From: Auanema rhodensis
Lineage: Eukaryota; Animalia; Nematoda
Length of the DNA: 64,000 nucleotides
NCBI GenBank assembly: GCA_964057225.1
Contig: OZ059899.1
Location: forward strand, 12,214,001 to 12,278,000
Direction: 5' to 3'
The translations under genes and the position numbers were made by a program. The notes below the pieces were generated by a model. That model was not told the origin of the DNA. It saw only the letters and a program-made list of their open reading frames with translations, and ran no database searches. Below are positions 1 through 16,237 of the stretch, in pieces (the first letter of the stretch is position 1; each line of letters begins with the position of its first letter).

Positions 1-125
1 GCAACAAACCTTTCATTCAGTTTGTTAGTATTCGTTGAACTTTTATAATTAATTCAAAAAAATCTTCAATTAAACATATGCATTTTCTCAGAAATTTAAA
101 TTTCTCCTGCTTCATCTGTGTGGAC

Positions 126-1623
126 ATGACTCATCTTACAAGTATAAGGAGAACATCCTCCAGGAGACGAAGGAAATTTGAAACAAATCTAAAGGTATGC
201 ATCTCGTTATCTTCTTCACTTCCTTAAATGTTCTAAATCAGACGTTTCTCCCCATTCCTCCCCTATCAATTCAAATGAAATCACCGTCAAAGTACAGTTT
301 TCCATCAATCTTATTGTCCATCCTGAAACGATTTGAACCAAATAGAAGACGTTCGTTCGTTCTCAAAAGGAAGGAATTTTAAATTAGACTCATAAACCTG
401 AGTTAGGTCTTCTTTCGAGATTATTCATTAACACATCAAAAAGATTCCGCTGCTGGTTTTCTGAACCGAGTTACACCACTTGCATGATTCTTCTCCGATA
501 AATACTTTTTTTCACAAAGAATATACTCATCAACAAGCTTCGAATAAGGTTCAAAAACACTATTTCGTCATCATTCTCAACAGAAAAGATAAATATAGTC
601 GCTTTGGTATATGAAATTGACTATAAATCATACGATTTTATTGTCCTCTGCGCCCACCTTCTTGTTTTATTCGTCCATTTTGTCCACAAATGGTAATCAA
701 ATTTCAGTATTTCTTAGCATCAATATGTGATCTAGAACTCTTTATGTCAAATTCTCAATTGGGAATTCGATATCCTAAAGCACCAGGTAAGCAGCGACCA
801 TTTCCCATATGATCTCACCTCCATATATGAATCCAGAAGTATTTGAATTACTGGAAAAACTTGAAAAGTCCAAGTTATCAGCACATGACCTAATACATGT
901 TCACCCAAATGCCATATTATCCGTCCTAAAGGTGATCTTCGACAGCTAGCTATAGCATCATGTTTATTTATTCAAAATTTAGGAAATAGTGAGTATCATT
1001 TCTCCCGTATTTAACCATGAAGAATTTGTTTGCATCTCCGAAAACATGTCAGAAGAATTATTATGCGTCTATCTTAAAGGGTATAACAAAAAACTCTGTA
1101 TATCCCCCTTATTCTAACTTTATTGTTATAGATTAATGGATTGCTTATCGTACGAACATAACATCACCCTTCAGCTTGTTTGTCAATCCCTTTCAAAATT
1201 AATCAAAATGTCTAAACCTAAGATGACCTCACTTACAGGTAACATGCAGGCAATTAATACTTGAAGCATGCTTCGTTTATTTAGATGTACTGATAACCTT
1301 TACACCCTTGTTCTTTCCCCAGTGTCGGACAACCAAGTCATTCCTTTGTGCAACTAGAGCTTTGCTATTGATGATTGAAAAACCAGAAATTATTTTTGAA
1401 GATCACCTTATTGAGAAGGGAGATTTCGAAAACTTCCTAGGTTTTGTTATTTTTAAGAAATGAAATCAAATACTTCGCATCAGATCTAATTGAATCTATG
1501 GAAAACGACGAAGAATATGACAGTGGAAATGAAACTTCATCGACACCTGATGAAATGGAAGAGATTACACACACTAACCTCCAAGATTCTTCCCCATTTT
1601 ATGTGATTACGTTTGATATATAA
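126..1623 (+). CDS. Multi-exon divergent RhoGAP-domain-like protein
   Basis: Acceptor ttttctcag at 91, in-frame ATG at 126. The 3' GT-AG exons splice in frame to ...HVHPNAILSVLKEIVSIISPVFNH...LQLVCQSLSKLIKMSKPKMTSLTDVLITFTPLFFP...; these resemble RhoGAP 'ASLLKLFLRELPEPL' and 'MTAxNLAIVFGPTL' segments. Acidic tail, TAA at 1621-1623, AATAAA just after. Middle exons not fully resolved. Confidence 0.5.
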
Positions 1624-1712
1624 TTGAAATAAACAATTTTAATAAACAGTCCTTCATTCACTTACGTTAACAAAAAACAAAATGAACGAGAACATATTAA
1701 CATATAACCACC

Positions 1713-2202
1713 TCAATACTTCTTAACGGCTTTCTGGTCATCAACAACAACATTGGGGAGAGCAATCTCCTGAAAAAGATAAAATAATTATAACAAAACG
1801 TTTGAAAAATACTTACCATCTTGTCAATCATAGCCTTGGTGGTTGGGTCAACCTTAAGGATTCCGATTTGAGAAGGATCAACAATAGAGATTTCTGGCAT
1901 GTAGTTATCTCTTCTCTCACGCTCCTCTTCTTGAAGCTTGATGGAGATACCGCGGACTGGTCCTTGCTCAATTCTCTTCATAAGATGAGTGATGTATCTG
2001 AAAAAAAAGCGGAATAAGTAAGAAACAAAAAAAAATTGTACCCAGCAATGCGGTTTCTAAGCTTCTTGGATCCAATGACGGCGACTTCATCGCAGATTCT
2101 CTTGTTGGTGTGGTAATCTCCAGTCATACGAGTGTAGTATTTCTCGATGATGACCTTAGAGGCCTTCTTGACCGTCTTGGTACGAACACGGCTACCAGGC
2201 AT
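1713..2202 (-). CDS. rps-17: 40S ribosomal protein S17 (eS17), 3 exons
   Basis: [27 protein letters not shown]...RNRIAG|[37 protein letters not shown]...; two GT-AG introns; TGA at 1713-1715. Confidence 0.97.
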
Positions 2203-3500
2203 GTTTTTCCCAAACTAAAAAAATTAAATTAAATTAAAATAGGAAAATTTGAGAAGTGAAAGGAGTAAGGAAAATATCCGAAAATCAAATATCAACTAAA
2301 AAATTTGAATAAATAAGCCATATAACCTCTAAAAAGGCTTAAAACCTAGATGAGCAACAGGAAATCTCCTTAGAATAAAACACAATTACAGAATTAGGAA
2401 AACCTCTTCATAAACAAAAAAATAACAAGGGAAAATTTAGGCTGCGCCATAGAGAATGAGAGTTTTAGACGTGATTACGGTAGCTTGCGAAAGAGCGGTT
2501 GCAATCGGGTCGGGACCAATTTTACAAATCTAATGTCCGTTTACTGGGTGTTGGTACCTATTTCATATCAATTAAAACGTGAAACAAGATTGTTCCACTT
2601 TTATTTTCATAAAAATTGTAGATGGTCAACAATATATGAAGTTAAGGAAAATATACACAAATTCCAGGCTAATATTAAGTATTCTAATAATGTAGTGTAC
2701 TAAAATATTTTGCTTTACTCAATCGTTGCATAATCTGGTTTTTTTGTTACTTTTAATAATTTGAAAAGATCACAATAGTTGTTCAATTCTGTAGTGTTAG
2801 GCTTATTGCTTCAGTGTAGGTTATTGTTCATATTTCGATAATCATAAAAATCAAATAACTTGACATAACATGACCTACGATAACTATGAACAAAGGGAAC
2901 TAGAATATAGGATTTAGAAGATTTGAGGTTGACCTCAAAATTACGTGTTAAAGAAATATGAATGACATGTGTTGAAGTGTCACTGTAACCTCCCGGCAGA
3001 GAGGGTGTCACACAGAGCCTTAGGTTAGCCGATTCCCTAATATGCTTAAAGGAATTTTCATATCAGTGTATGAGTTAGGTTAAGATATAGTAGAATAACA
3101 ATATAAGAATAATCAATTTTATTTTCAATAGTTGTACAAACTACGTAAAAACAATTAAAAGATAAACAAACATCGTTGATGACTAAACATGATCTTTATC
3201 ATATCAAAACTATGAAAAATGCACTTTTCTTTTAAAAGTGATAAACAATGAGTTTCTATGAAAAAACAAGAAATTCTTATCGAAATAAGTTTACGACCAG
3301 CAGTGTTCATAACTTCGCGCACTACTATTGAATTCAGTTCTATCGCTCTCTCCGCTAAGGGTAATCCCGCTGGTAATTTATTTTCAAAAACACGTTAGCC
3401 TTTATTTAACTGAACAGGTCAGAGCATATTTCAAATGTTCACAAATTTCAAAATAATGAGATTTATTCTAATTTTTAGGCGTCCCGATTCTGAATAAATA

Positions 3501-3513
3501 TTTTGGCGGGAAA
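3501..3513 (+). promoter_or_regulatory. E2F/DREAM-type motif TTTTGGCGGGAAA upstream of the nuclear receptor gene
   Basis: Consensus-like E2F site ~170 nt upstream of the ATG at 3671; motif match only. Confidence 0.3.
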
Positions 3514-3670
3514 GGCTGGAGTTCATATAAGGTCAGCAGGAGGTTGGTGACCTGACGCTAGGACCGTAAGTTACGTTCCGCCCCTCGATCCGGACAATCT
3601 TGGCCCAACCTACTTTAACGGATCACATATCCTTCTTGTGCTCATCATTGCTTAGCTCATACACATCAGG

Positions 3671-6134
3671 ATGACAACTTTACCTCACAACGATCATATT
3701 ATGAAAGAAGTTGACAGACAATATCAGATGATGACGGAGCCAAGCAATATTCCAGGATCTAGTGCATTTTCTGTAGTTACTCCTAAAGTCTATAATCAGG
3801 TAATTATTTTCCTCCATCTGCTATTATTCATATTTTTCTTTTCTTTTTTTTTCTTTTTTTTTCGTTTCTTTATTTTGTGTTTTCTTAGCCATCTACTCCA
3901 TCTTCTACGGCTCACAAAACCCCAAATGTTTCTGCTGCTCAACCAGCTTCAAACAACCAGACTCCTTCTACACCTCGTGCACCATTTACTTTACCTGGTC
4001 TTGGAATCGAGAGACACTCTCCTCACCCATCACTAAATTATCCTAAGGATCTTCTATCTTACATGTTTCTTCCTTACAACAAAGGAATTGTTTTACCACC
4101 AGAATATCCTTTTGGTATCCCGCTTACTAACTTATCGGATATGAGGTAAGTATATAGTTCATTTTCTATTTAAGCTTTCCATTTTTTCCTTTTAAGACCA
4201 CAAGTCTCTACTCCAACTCAATATTCTAATCAGTCAAATGCACAACCTGTCATCCAAAATATTGCTCAGCCTGGCATACAGCCAAGCATGCAACAGCATG
4301 TTCAAGCTCATACACAAGCACTTGTACAGCCTCAAATACAATCTCATGTTCAAAATCATGTCCATCCTCAACCTCAACATCAACATCAGGTGCAACCGCC
4401 TATGCTTAACCAAGCTTCTATTCCAAGAGATGCTCCATCTATGCAACACATAAGACTAGCTATCGAAGACAGGTAATCATTCTTTTTTGTTGATTTTATA
4501 TCGAACTGGTTCTAGGGATTCTGGAAATGAATCTAGCAGTATGTCTCCACCATCTTCGTTCACAAGCTCGAGATCTCCATCTCATTCATCGAGGTAAACC
4601 TTTCAAATCTTATTTGATCAAGTATACTTTGTTTAGGTCTAACTCTTTCTCTATGTCATCTTTACTTCGTTCTTCTGAAAATCATCCACCTCCTCAAGTT
4701 CAAACTCCTGTTCCTTCACATCAGCAGCCACAATCTCATTTACATCCAACTATGGGCACCCCGAGAACTCCCAATACCCCATCAACTCCATCAACTTCAA
4801 ATCATGTACCAAGAGGCTTGGCTCATCCTCCACCAGCTCCATTCATGCTTATGCCTCATGCTCAAATGATGAATATGAGCCTTCCGTACAACCAGCAGTA
4901 TATGCAAATGCAATTGGAGCAACTAAGAGCCAAGGTTTGATAATGACCCTTTGAATAGCTTCTTACGTATGTATTTTAGATGGTTAACGATGAAATGTCA
5001 CTAGCCGGTAGAGAAGTGTGCGATGTTTGTGGAGATAATGCAAGTGGATTCCACTATGGTGTTATGAGTTGTGAAGGGTGCAAGGTAAATTTTTGTTTTG
5101 GTTTGGCCTATTTGTTGCTTATTCTATTGTTCTTCGCAACCTCTAAGACTCATGTGCTTTTTGGTTGTCCTGACCTCAAAAGTTTGCTGTTGGGAATATG
5201 CCCCAGCTCTTAGGTCGTCATTGGGTCGTATCGATAATCCAGATGGCTACTTCTTTCTTTTACAGGGCTTCTTCCGACGATCTGTTCAAAAGAGTATGAA
5301 CTACCAATGCCACAGGGATGGATCCTGCAAGGTCGACCGCATTTCTAGAAATCGTTGCCAGGCCTGTCGATTCCAAAAATGCTTGAGCAAAGGCATGACG
5401 AAGGTATTTGTGATTCAATCAAACCTGAGTAATTCTTATCTTTGAAGGAATCTGTGAGAAATGATCGTATCAGGAAAAGAAAGACCAGTGATGATGAAAG
5501 AGACAAAGAGCTGGATTCAACCAGAGAGCTTCTACAGATAGCAAATGATGTTGTTAGAGCATATCGTGCAGCTTTCCCTGAGAATTGCAGGATTGCAAAC
5601 GAAAGTGTAATCGATGAGCATGTATCGACGAGTTTTATTTTCTTGATTTAGGACGCTCAATCTCGCTGCTTAGAATTTATGAGTAATATTCCATTGTTTC
5701 AAACAGTAAGGGATCAATTCCCACAACTTGTCCAAAATGCTTATTTGGGCATAACTGTAAGTTTTGAATTTCATCAAAGTCTTTTTATGTCTTTCCTATT
5801 TCAGCATCTTCGTGTAGCTCATAAAGAAAATATTTGTGAAAATATTAGTGTAAATATGAAGTTAATCAGTCGTTTACAACAAGGCTTGAAAAATGTGACA
5901 GAGGAAGAATTAGCTATCATATGTGCTATTCATTGTGCTAACCCTGTTCAGAGTCCTCAGGAATCTACAGGTGTTAACCAAACAACTCCTAGTCATGATG
6001 GAGCCAGTAACCCACTCTGGGAAAAACTGGTCGAATGTCTCAGAGCACACAGATCTTCTAATAACTCATCAGATAAGAACCAACTTTTTAGTTTACTTCA
6101 ACTTTTATATCAATTAGCTACTCTATCGGCCTAA
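3671..6134 (+). CDS. Nuclear hormone receptor (NR1 subfamily): Q/P/H-rich N-terminus, RAR-like C4 zinc-finger DBD, shortened LBD; possibly the nhr-2 orthologue
   Basis: Spliced [25 protein letters not shown]|[46 protein letters not shown]|ESVRNDR (P-box CEGCKG). LBD remnants '[11 protein letters not shown]' and '[12 protein letters not shown]'. TAA at 6132-6134. Confidence 0.92.
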
Positions 6135-7808
6135 TATTTTTATGCAAAATAGTTTATTTCTATTCTATATATCTATATATATATCTATATATCTATCTAT
6201 ATTATAACATATCTCATTTATATCCGGGTTTGTTTTGAATTATCGGTAGTTTTCTTCCAATATTCTTCGGGTTTCTTTATTATTATTCAAATCTTTGATA
6301 ATAATTGCCAATGTTCTCTGTACTCTTTACGGTGTTTGTTTACTGCCATTCAGATGTTAATAAAGAATTTGTATTTCAAAGTTTTTTTAGAACTTTCGAG
6401 CAACATAAAACAACTTGAAAAAATAAAACACTGTTTCTTTAAAATAAAAACATGAAAAAAGGGGACACGTTCTCTCACAAAAGCAGTGATATTCCCTACA
6501 AAGTTATGGAATAAAAGACTAGAATATCACTACCCGGATAAAAACCCTCTCTCACTGAAAAACGGAACTCCCATTTATGGGCATGACATGTACGCACAAA
6601 ACGCTTTTATGGGATCCTTAATGAGACCACTCACACTCGTATGTAAAGCAAACTTTTTTAATTTAAAAAAAGAAAAAGCCTGAGAAAAAAATTTAAACCT
6701 AATATATCTACTTTACTTTACTTTACATATTATTCTGAACTCTTTCTCACATTCCTAATAAGTCTATATAATGTGTGATGATATCAATTAACTCGTATTT
6801 AAGCGCACAGGAAAAATAAATTTAGTAAACAGGTGCTTGAATAGATCTAACGACCTCGATTTTCATTTCTTCTCGCATACAAAAATTCATTATATGGGTT
6901 TCTCAGCTACTGAAAAGACAGATTTTATTGTTGATAATTTTGTTTAAAAGTGTTTAGATTTACTTATTGCTGATAATTTTGTTTTAAAATATTCAGATTT
7001 ACTCATTTTTGTAAAAATCTTTAAAAATTTATTTCAAAAAATTAGTGGTGGGTGGGGCAACGGAACAATATGACCGCCTAATATTATTGAAATTTGAGAA
7101 GATTTTAAGCTTTTAAGGCATTTAAACCTTGATTGAAATACAGCTTCAGACAGTTGCGCACGTGTTGCTTGTCACAAGCCATTTCATTTGAAAAAAAAAT
7201 TTTTTTATAATTTAAATTTAAAACAATTTTTTAAATATAATTTTGAATTTGGTTTATGCTAATTTTCAAATTCAAAATATATATTCGAATTTAAATGTGG
7301 GTTGCCAGAAACTTTTGCGCACACCTAATATTTCATTCATACTGTATTAGATCGCTCTTGCCGGTTTTTAAACAGGAAAACCAAGAGAATGTGTATATGA
7401 GCTACACCTATTACAGACACAAAAAAGAATCAACCGCGTCTTTTTTTCGTATGGGAATCAAAAAGGCGGAAAAATGTTTTTTCGATTTCTTCAGATTGGG
7501 TCCAGAGGGCAAAAAAGCGAACTCCGGAAAACTACGACTTAAATCATCGTAGTACTTCATATGTTTGATTGAAATGTAAAGAGATAAGTTGAAGAAACAC
7601 TACGCTTGAATTAATTTATTACGGGGACCGCAACCTATTCAAGCACATATGTAAAAAAATATCAAAATCGGAAAAAAAACCCGTTACATTTTAAATACGA
7701 ATGACTGAATTACACAGAGATGCATCGGGCAGATACTGAGAATCACACTTTCACACGGGTCATAACGAGCAAATTTAGTAAAAGAAACAAAACGAACAAA
7801 AAGAAAAA

Positions 7809-10800
7809 TTAGTTAGAACCTTGACCAGCTTTTCGCATTTCTTTCAAGGCCCAGTTAGCCAGTGACTTATTCTTCGAAGATTTACTCTTTTTCGCTCTTT
7901 GTAATAATCCATGAACCTGTAAAACAGATCTTAACTTTTCGAAGAAAAATGTTCTTAATACCTTCTCGTTGGCGATATAAGGAAGAATGGCGGCACCATA
8001 TAAACTGACAAGATCTCCTATCAATCCAGTTACTGTTCCTACGAGAGGATCTGATGGTTCCGGCTTTTGATCACAAACCCTAGAAAGAAAACATAAAGAA
8101 AAACTATGAAAAAAAGCTTACTTCATAATCAAGCCTGCCATATCATTCATGTACCGTGAGACACTCTGTTGAGCATGTGTTTTCTAAATAGAAAATTATA
8201 GGTAAGAACAGGGAGCACAACCGACCTTAGCCTCATCTCTGTCAGCACCATCTGGTACCATAGACTGGAGGATACCAACATATGATGAAGCAACACTATC
8301 ACGTAAGCTATCGACATAATCAACTTGGGCTTCATCATTCTATAATAATTGTTTCCATAATTTTTTGTATTTTTGCTTGAAGTTATGGTTTCAGGAACAT
8401 CATTGCCCTTTTATGTACTGTCTTAACTAAGTTCGCGACCTTTTGTTGCGTCATGTTAGATACCGCGTAAACAACATGACCCCTATGCACACTATAAACA
8501 GCAGGTGAGCACAAGAAATCTTATAAACTCTTCCAGATCACCAGGGGTCCTGACACTTAATTGAGGCAATCCCCTTGTCACTACTTAATGACTCATCCCA
8601 AACCATATTTAGCTATCTGATAGTTCGCCCATCTGCTTAGGAATGTAAGACTTACGGGATCGGTAACCATTGCGCCAGCGGCTTCATTTAAAATCTTCAT
8701 AACGTGCTCGATGTATCGCTCAAAGTTTGGTCCAATGGCTAATGCAACATCTCCAAAGTGTCCAAGAATTTGCACTTTAGCGTCTTGTGATAAGGTACGA
8801 TCCTAAAGAACAATTATTTCGTTATTGTAGTGCTTAACATGAACATACATTAAGAGAAATAACAAAGCGTTCCATAATTTGATCAAGGAAGGGAGCGATG
8901 ACCTCAATATTGTGAGATAAAGCGCGGCAAATGTCTACTACTAATCCGGATCCAGCAATGCATACCTATACAAAAACACTACTTCTGTTCAAAGAACCAC
9001 GAAACATACTTGAGGCTCTTCATAATTGCTAAGAGCCTTAATGATATGTGGTCCAAGTGCAGGGACATACTTGCCGAAATTGGAATTAAGAGCTATAACT
9101 GATTTCTGAGAACTTATTCATAATAAATATACGAACCTTCAGCCAAAGCAGCAACAGCTAAGAGAGCTTCTTCCATCACACTGCTTCCTTTTCCAGTAGC
9201 ACGGCACATAATTTGTAAAAGTCCAGTCATGATATGATCACCGATATGTGGAGCATCTTCGGGTCTCATTTTCCGAAGAACTGATTGCAGGGTGGCACAT
9301 AAAAGAGATTGAAGATCAACAACAGCAGACTAAACATTTTTGAATATGAATGGAAACATTGAAAAAACCACCTTATCACTAATGTTTGTAGCAGCTGCTT
9401 CCATGTTAAGAAGCTGCTCCAACTTCTTTAACATGATAATAGTAGTGTTCTGAACAGCGGGGTAACAATCCTTGGGAGAGTTCTTGATGAGTTCCATTAA
9501 AGTCTCAAAAGCGGCAAGACGAAGATTAGATTGATTGCTGTCTGATCTGCAACACAAAAGCTCAGGAAAAAATCCTAAAGGTTAAATCACCTATCGGTAG
9601 TTTTGATAAGTTCATCGACCATAGCTTGGAATACAGGAGACAAAGAATAAGTTTCAGGTTGACCGGTATTATCAGTACCAAGCCCAGCAGCGTGTTCATA
9701 CACAGCTTTAACTAAAGAGACGAGAGCCTGAATAAAAAGAAGATTAGATATAGAAAAGAAGTTCAAGCTTACCCAGCAAACGTTAGCAGCTACTCGTGGT
9801 TCTTGATGTAGACCAGCACTGAACACGGGTAAAAGAGCTTGAATCAAGCACTCATTTGCAACAATTTCTGGGCAAACATCAAGAATTCTTCCGATAGTCC
9901 AAGCTGTTGAATCACGAACAGTTACCATACGGTCTTCCATAGCCTGGATGAGAAGAGGCAACGCTTGTTCAACCAAAGGTTGAAGTTTAGCTGGATCAGG
10001 TCCATCAAGTATAGAACCAAAAGCCATGATAGCAGCATCTTTATAACGCCAGTTAGGGTTGGTGAAATTGGGGAAGAAAGGTGTAACAGCATCCAGAATA
10101 TCATCTCCAACGCACTGAGCTAACAACATGATACAAACACCTGCAGCTTTACAAGGTGTCCAATCATCATCGTCATCTCCGTCTTCTATAAATATCAAAT
10201 GTATAATTGCAATGACATGATTTTCTACCTTGCTTAGCAAGAGTTTCTAACAAAAGGGGACAAAGATGAGGAGTAGCTCCCTTGGCATAATGACGTGAAA
10301 CACGCTCAGGAGCTCTATTGTTGTCTTGAGCCTAACAAAAAGAAACAATAACAATACTTCAAATACTTCCAACCTCTTCAGCTTCAACGGCTAATGCTAT
10401 TTCTTCTTCGCAAACGTTAGACCAGAACTCAATACCTTGAAGAGCTACATTGTCTTCGTCACTTTTCATTGAATGAACGGTAATCTATGAATGTTTCTTG
10501 CTATAAGTAAAAATATGTTGAAATCTTACTGGAAACAGTGCACTGGACATATATGTTTCCATAAGTTGATAATAGAGAGTCATGATACGGACAAGACATT
10601 GCAACGCGGCAACTTTTACTTGGATATCGTCAACTTGGGAGGTTTCACAAACTACTTGCATAATAAGATGACGCTCAGGCTTAAATAAAACTAATCATAA
10701 TTGCTCTATAATTATAATTCTTACATCATTATAAAAGTTGTTATGAGTAAATTCAAGAGCATTGAGCAAAGCATTGGTAGCAGCTAAACGAACATGATTT

Positions 10801-11592
10801 GATGATTCTTCTTTTCTCATGCCTTGAACAATGGCGGTAAGAATAGCATTAGCTTGAGATTCAAGAACCTATATGATTTAATAAAAAGTTATATTTTGAC
10901 GTGGTTGCCTTACATGTGGGTCTATATCCTGACAAATATATCCCAAAGTTTCTAAGGAGGATTCTTTCAAACTTTCACTGCTTGAACCATCTGTTACATT
11001 AGCCATAAGTCGGTTTATTACCTCGGGCCAAAGCTAAAGAAAATATTCCCGTAAACAAGCATTATACTAAAAACCTCACATTTGAAGGAATTTCAGCACA
11101 TGCAATTGCTGCGGCACATTGGGCTGCTGTAGAGGGTCTCGATGTTTCGGTTCCCAAGGTATCCATAACATTCACCTTAATTAACTGACGAACATCAGCG
11201 GGAAGTTGCAACCACCTAAATTCCGAACGTCAAGAAATTACTTCGATTTTACTCCTTTTTACCTATTCAGATATAAATGCTTTGTTTCTTCTTCTTTAGC
11301 CGATAACACATTTTTCAACTGTAGACCAGCAGCTTTTCGAATAAAATTATTTACTTGAGGGGCTCTAAGGATTACACTCAATTCTTTTACAAAGGTTGGC
11401 TTAAAAATCCAAATTCATTTGAAAATGTTATTTTTATCTTACGAAATCTTGTGTGGAAGCATCATTCAGAAACTGCAAAGCTCTTTTCTGGTCTTCTGGA
11501 TCTAGAAATTATCAGAGTAGAACTTGAACTTTCATGAAATTCTTACTCTGTGATAAAGTTTTGTCCAAGACATCTACAAGTAGATTGGCCAT
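7809..11592 (-). CDS. imb-1: Importin beta-1 (karyopherin beta 1)
   Basis: ATG directly after ttcag at 11592; 'AAGLQLKN', acidic loop '[15 protein letters not shown]', '[18 protein letters not shown]', '[12 protein letters not shown]', C-terminal '[12 protein letters not shown]'; many short GT-AG introns. Confidence 0.96.
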
Positions 11593-12498
11593 CTGAATAT
11601 TTAAATTACTGCTTCAGTTTCTCTCGAAAAAAATAACGTAAACTAATCAAACAGGAGACGAAAAGATTTCGCAAAATAATATGTCTAATCTGAAATTTAA
11701 ATTGTTGCCTCTGCAAATTTCTGCGGAATCGCGCCAAGACCAATTTTATTTTTTGTCCACATATGCAGTATTTCTAGCTGTGTTCTCTTAAATTATTTCT
11801 TTCTACTTTTATCGTTTTAATTCTTTTTAAAAATTGAAATTAAAAAAGTGTATATATTGATCAAAGTGATAAGACCTATTTTGCTCTTTCGTTTCCTTAC
11901 AAATTAAGTTTTTATACGACTTTGTTGGATTTACATAATTAATCTTTCGTAAACTCTTAAGAATGATTAGTATGCATGAAATTAATTCAGAATAAAGAAG
12001 ACTAAAATTATAATGTTGTGGATAATTCTTCTACTACTTATTTATCCTAATGTTCTGATTATTATTGGATCACAATTTAAAATATATTTTAACTATTTTC
12101 TTCATTGCATGATGGTATCACGCATACTTCAGGATTTCTTTTAATTTTTTATAGTCATATACATGTTATACATTATAGACTTCTGTTTTGTTTATTTTCT
12201 TTTTCTCTTTTTTCTTTTGAAAGCTTTGGAGTTAGAGCTCCTCATTCCATGCGCGTGCTGTTGGCTATCGATCTTGATGTTTGGGCCATTCCGTTTTAAC
12301 CTCCCTCGCTGGCAGCATATATAGAAATGCTCCGCTTCATTTTTCGTTGAATTTTTCTTTTCCTCTTTGTTTACATAAAACCTTTTTGCAAATACTACAC
12401 AACCATAATTTTATTTAAAAATCTGCGATTCCTAATTGTTGCAAAGTTTTCAGGATATTTCCTCCAAGCTTGGTAAAATTAAAAAAAACTAAAAAACG

Positions 12499-16237
<3,739 letters not shown>

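Noticed and set aside
2795-2810. Telomerase-template-like UAAGCCUAA (minus strand), plus similar words at ~8635-8641, ~27977 and ~57591
   Set aside because: Matches of 7-9 nt are expected by chance; no downstream pseudoknot or H/ACA architecture seen, and no TTAGGC arrays.
6920-7010. Two to three degenerate ~36-bp AT-rich tandem copies
   Set aside because: Ordinary short tandem duplication; no spacers, so not CRISPR-like (and the DNA is eukaryotic).
7490-7550. Box C/D-like pair (AUGAUU...CUGA) downstream of imb-1
   Set aside because: The C box is imperfect and buried in a hairpin; no contiguous rRNA-complementary guide identified.
8395-8650. Apparent + strand exons (tttcag...gtgagc...ttccag...gtaag) nested antisense in the long imb-1 intron
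   Set aside because: All three frames hit stops and the internal intron would be only 32 nt, below the local norm.
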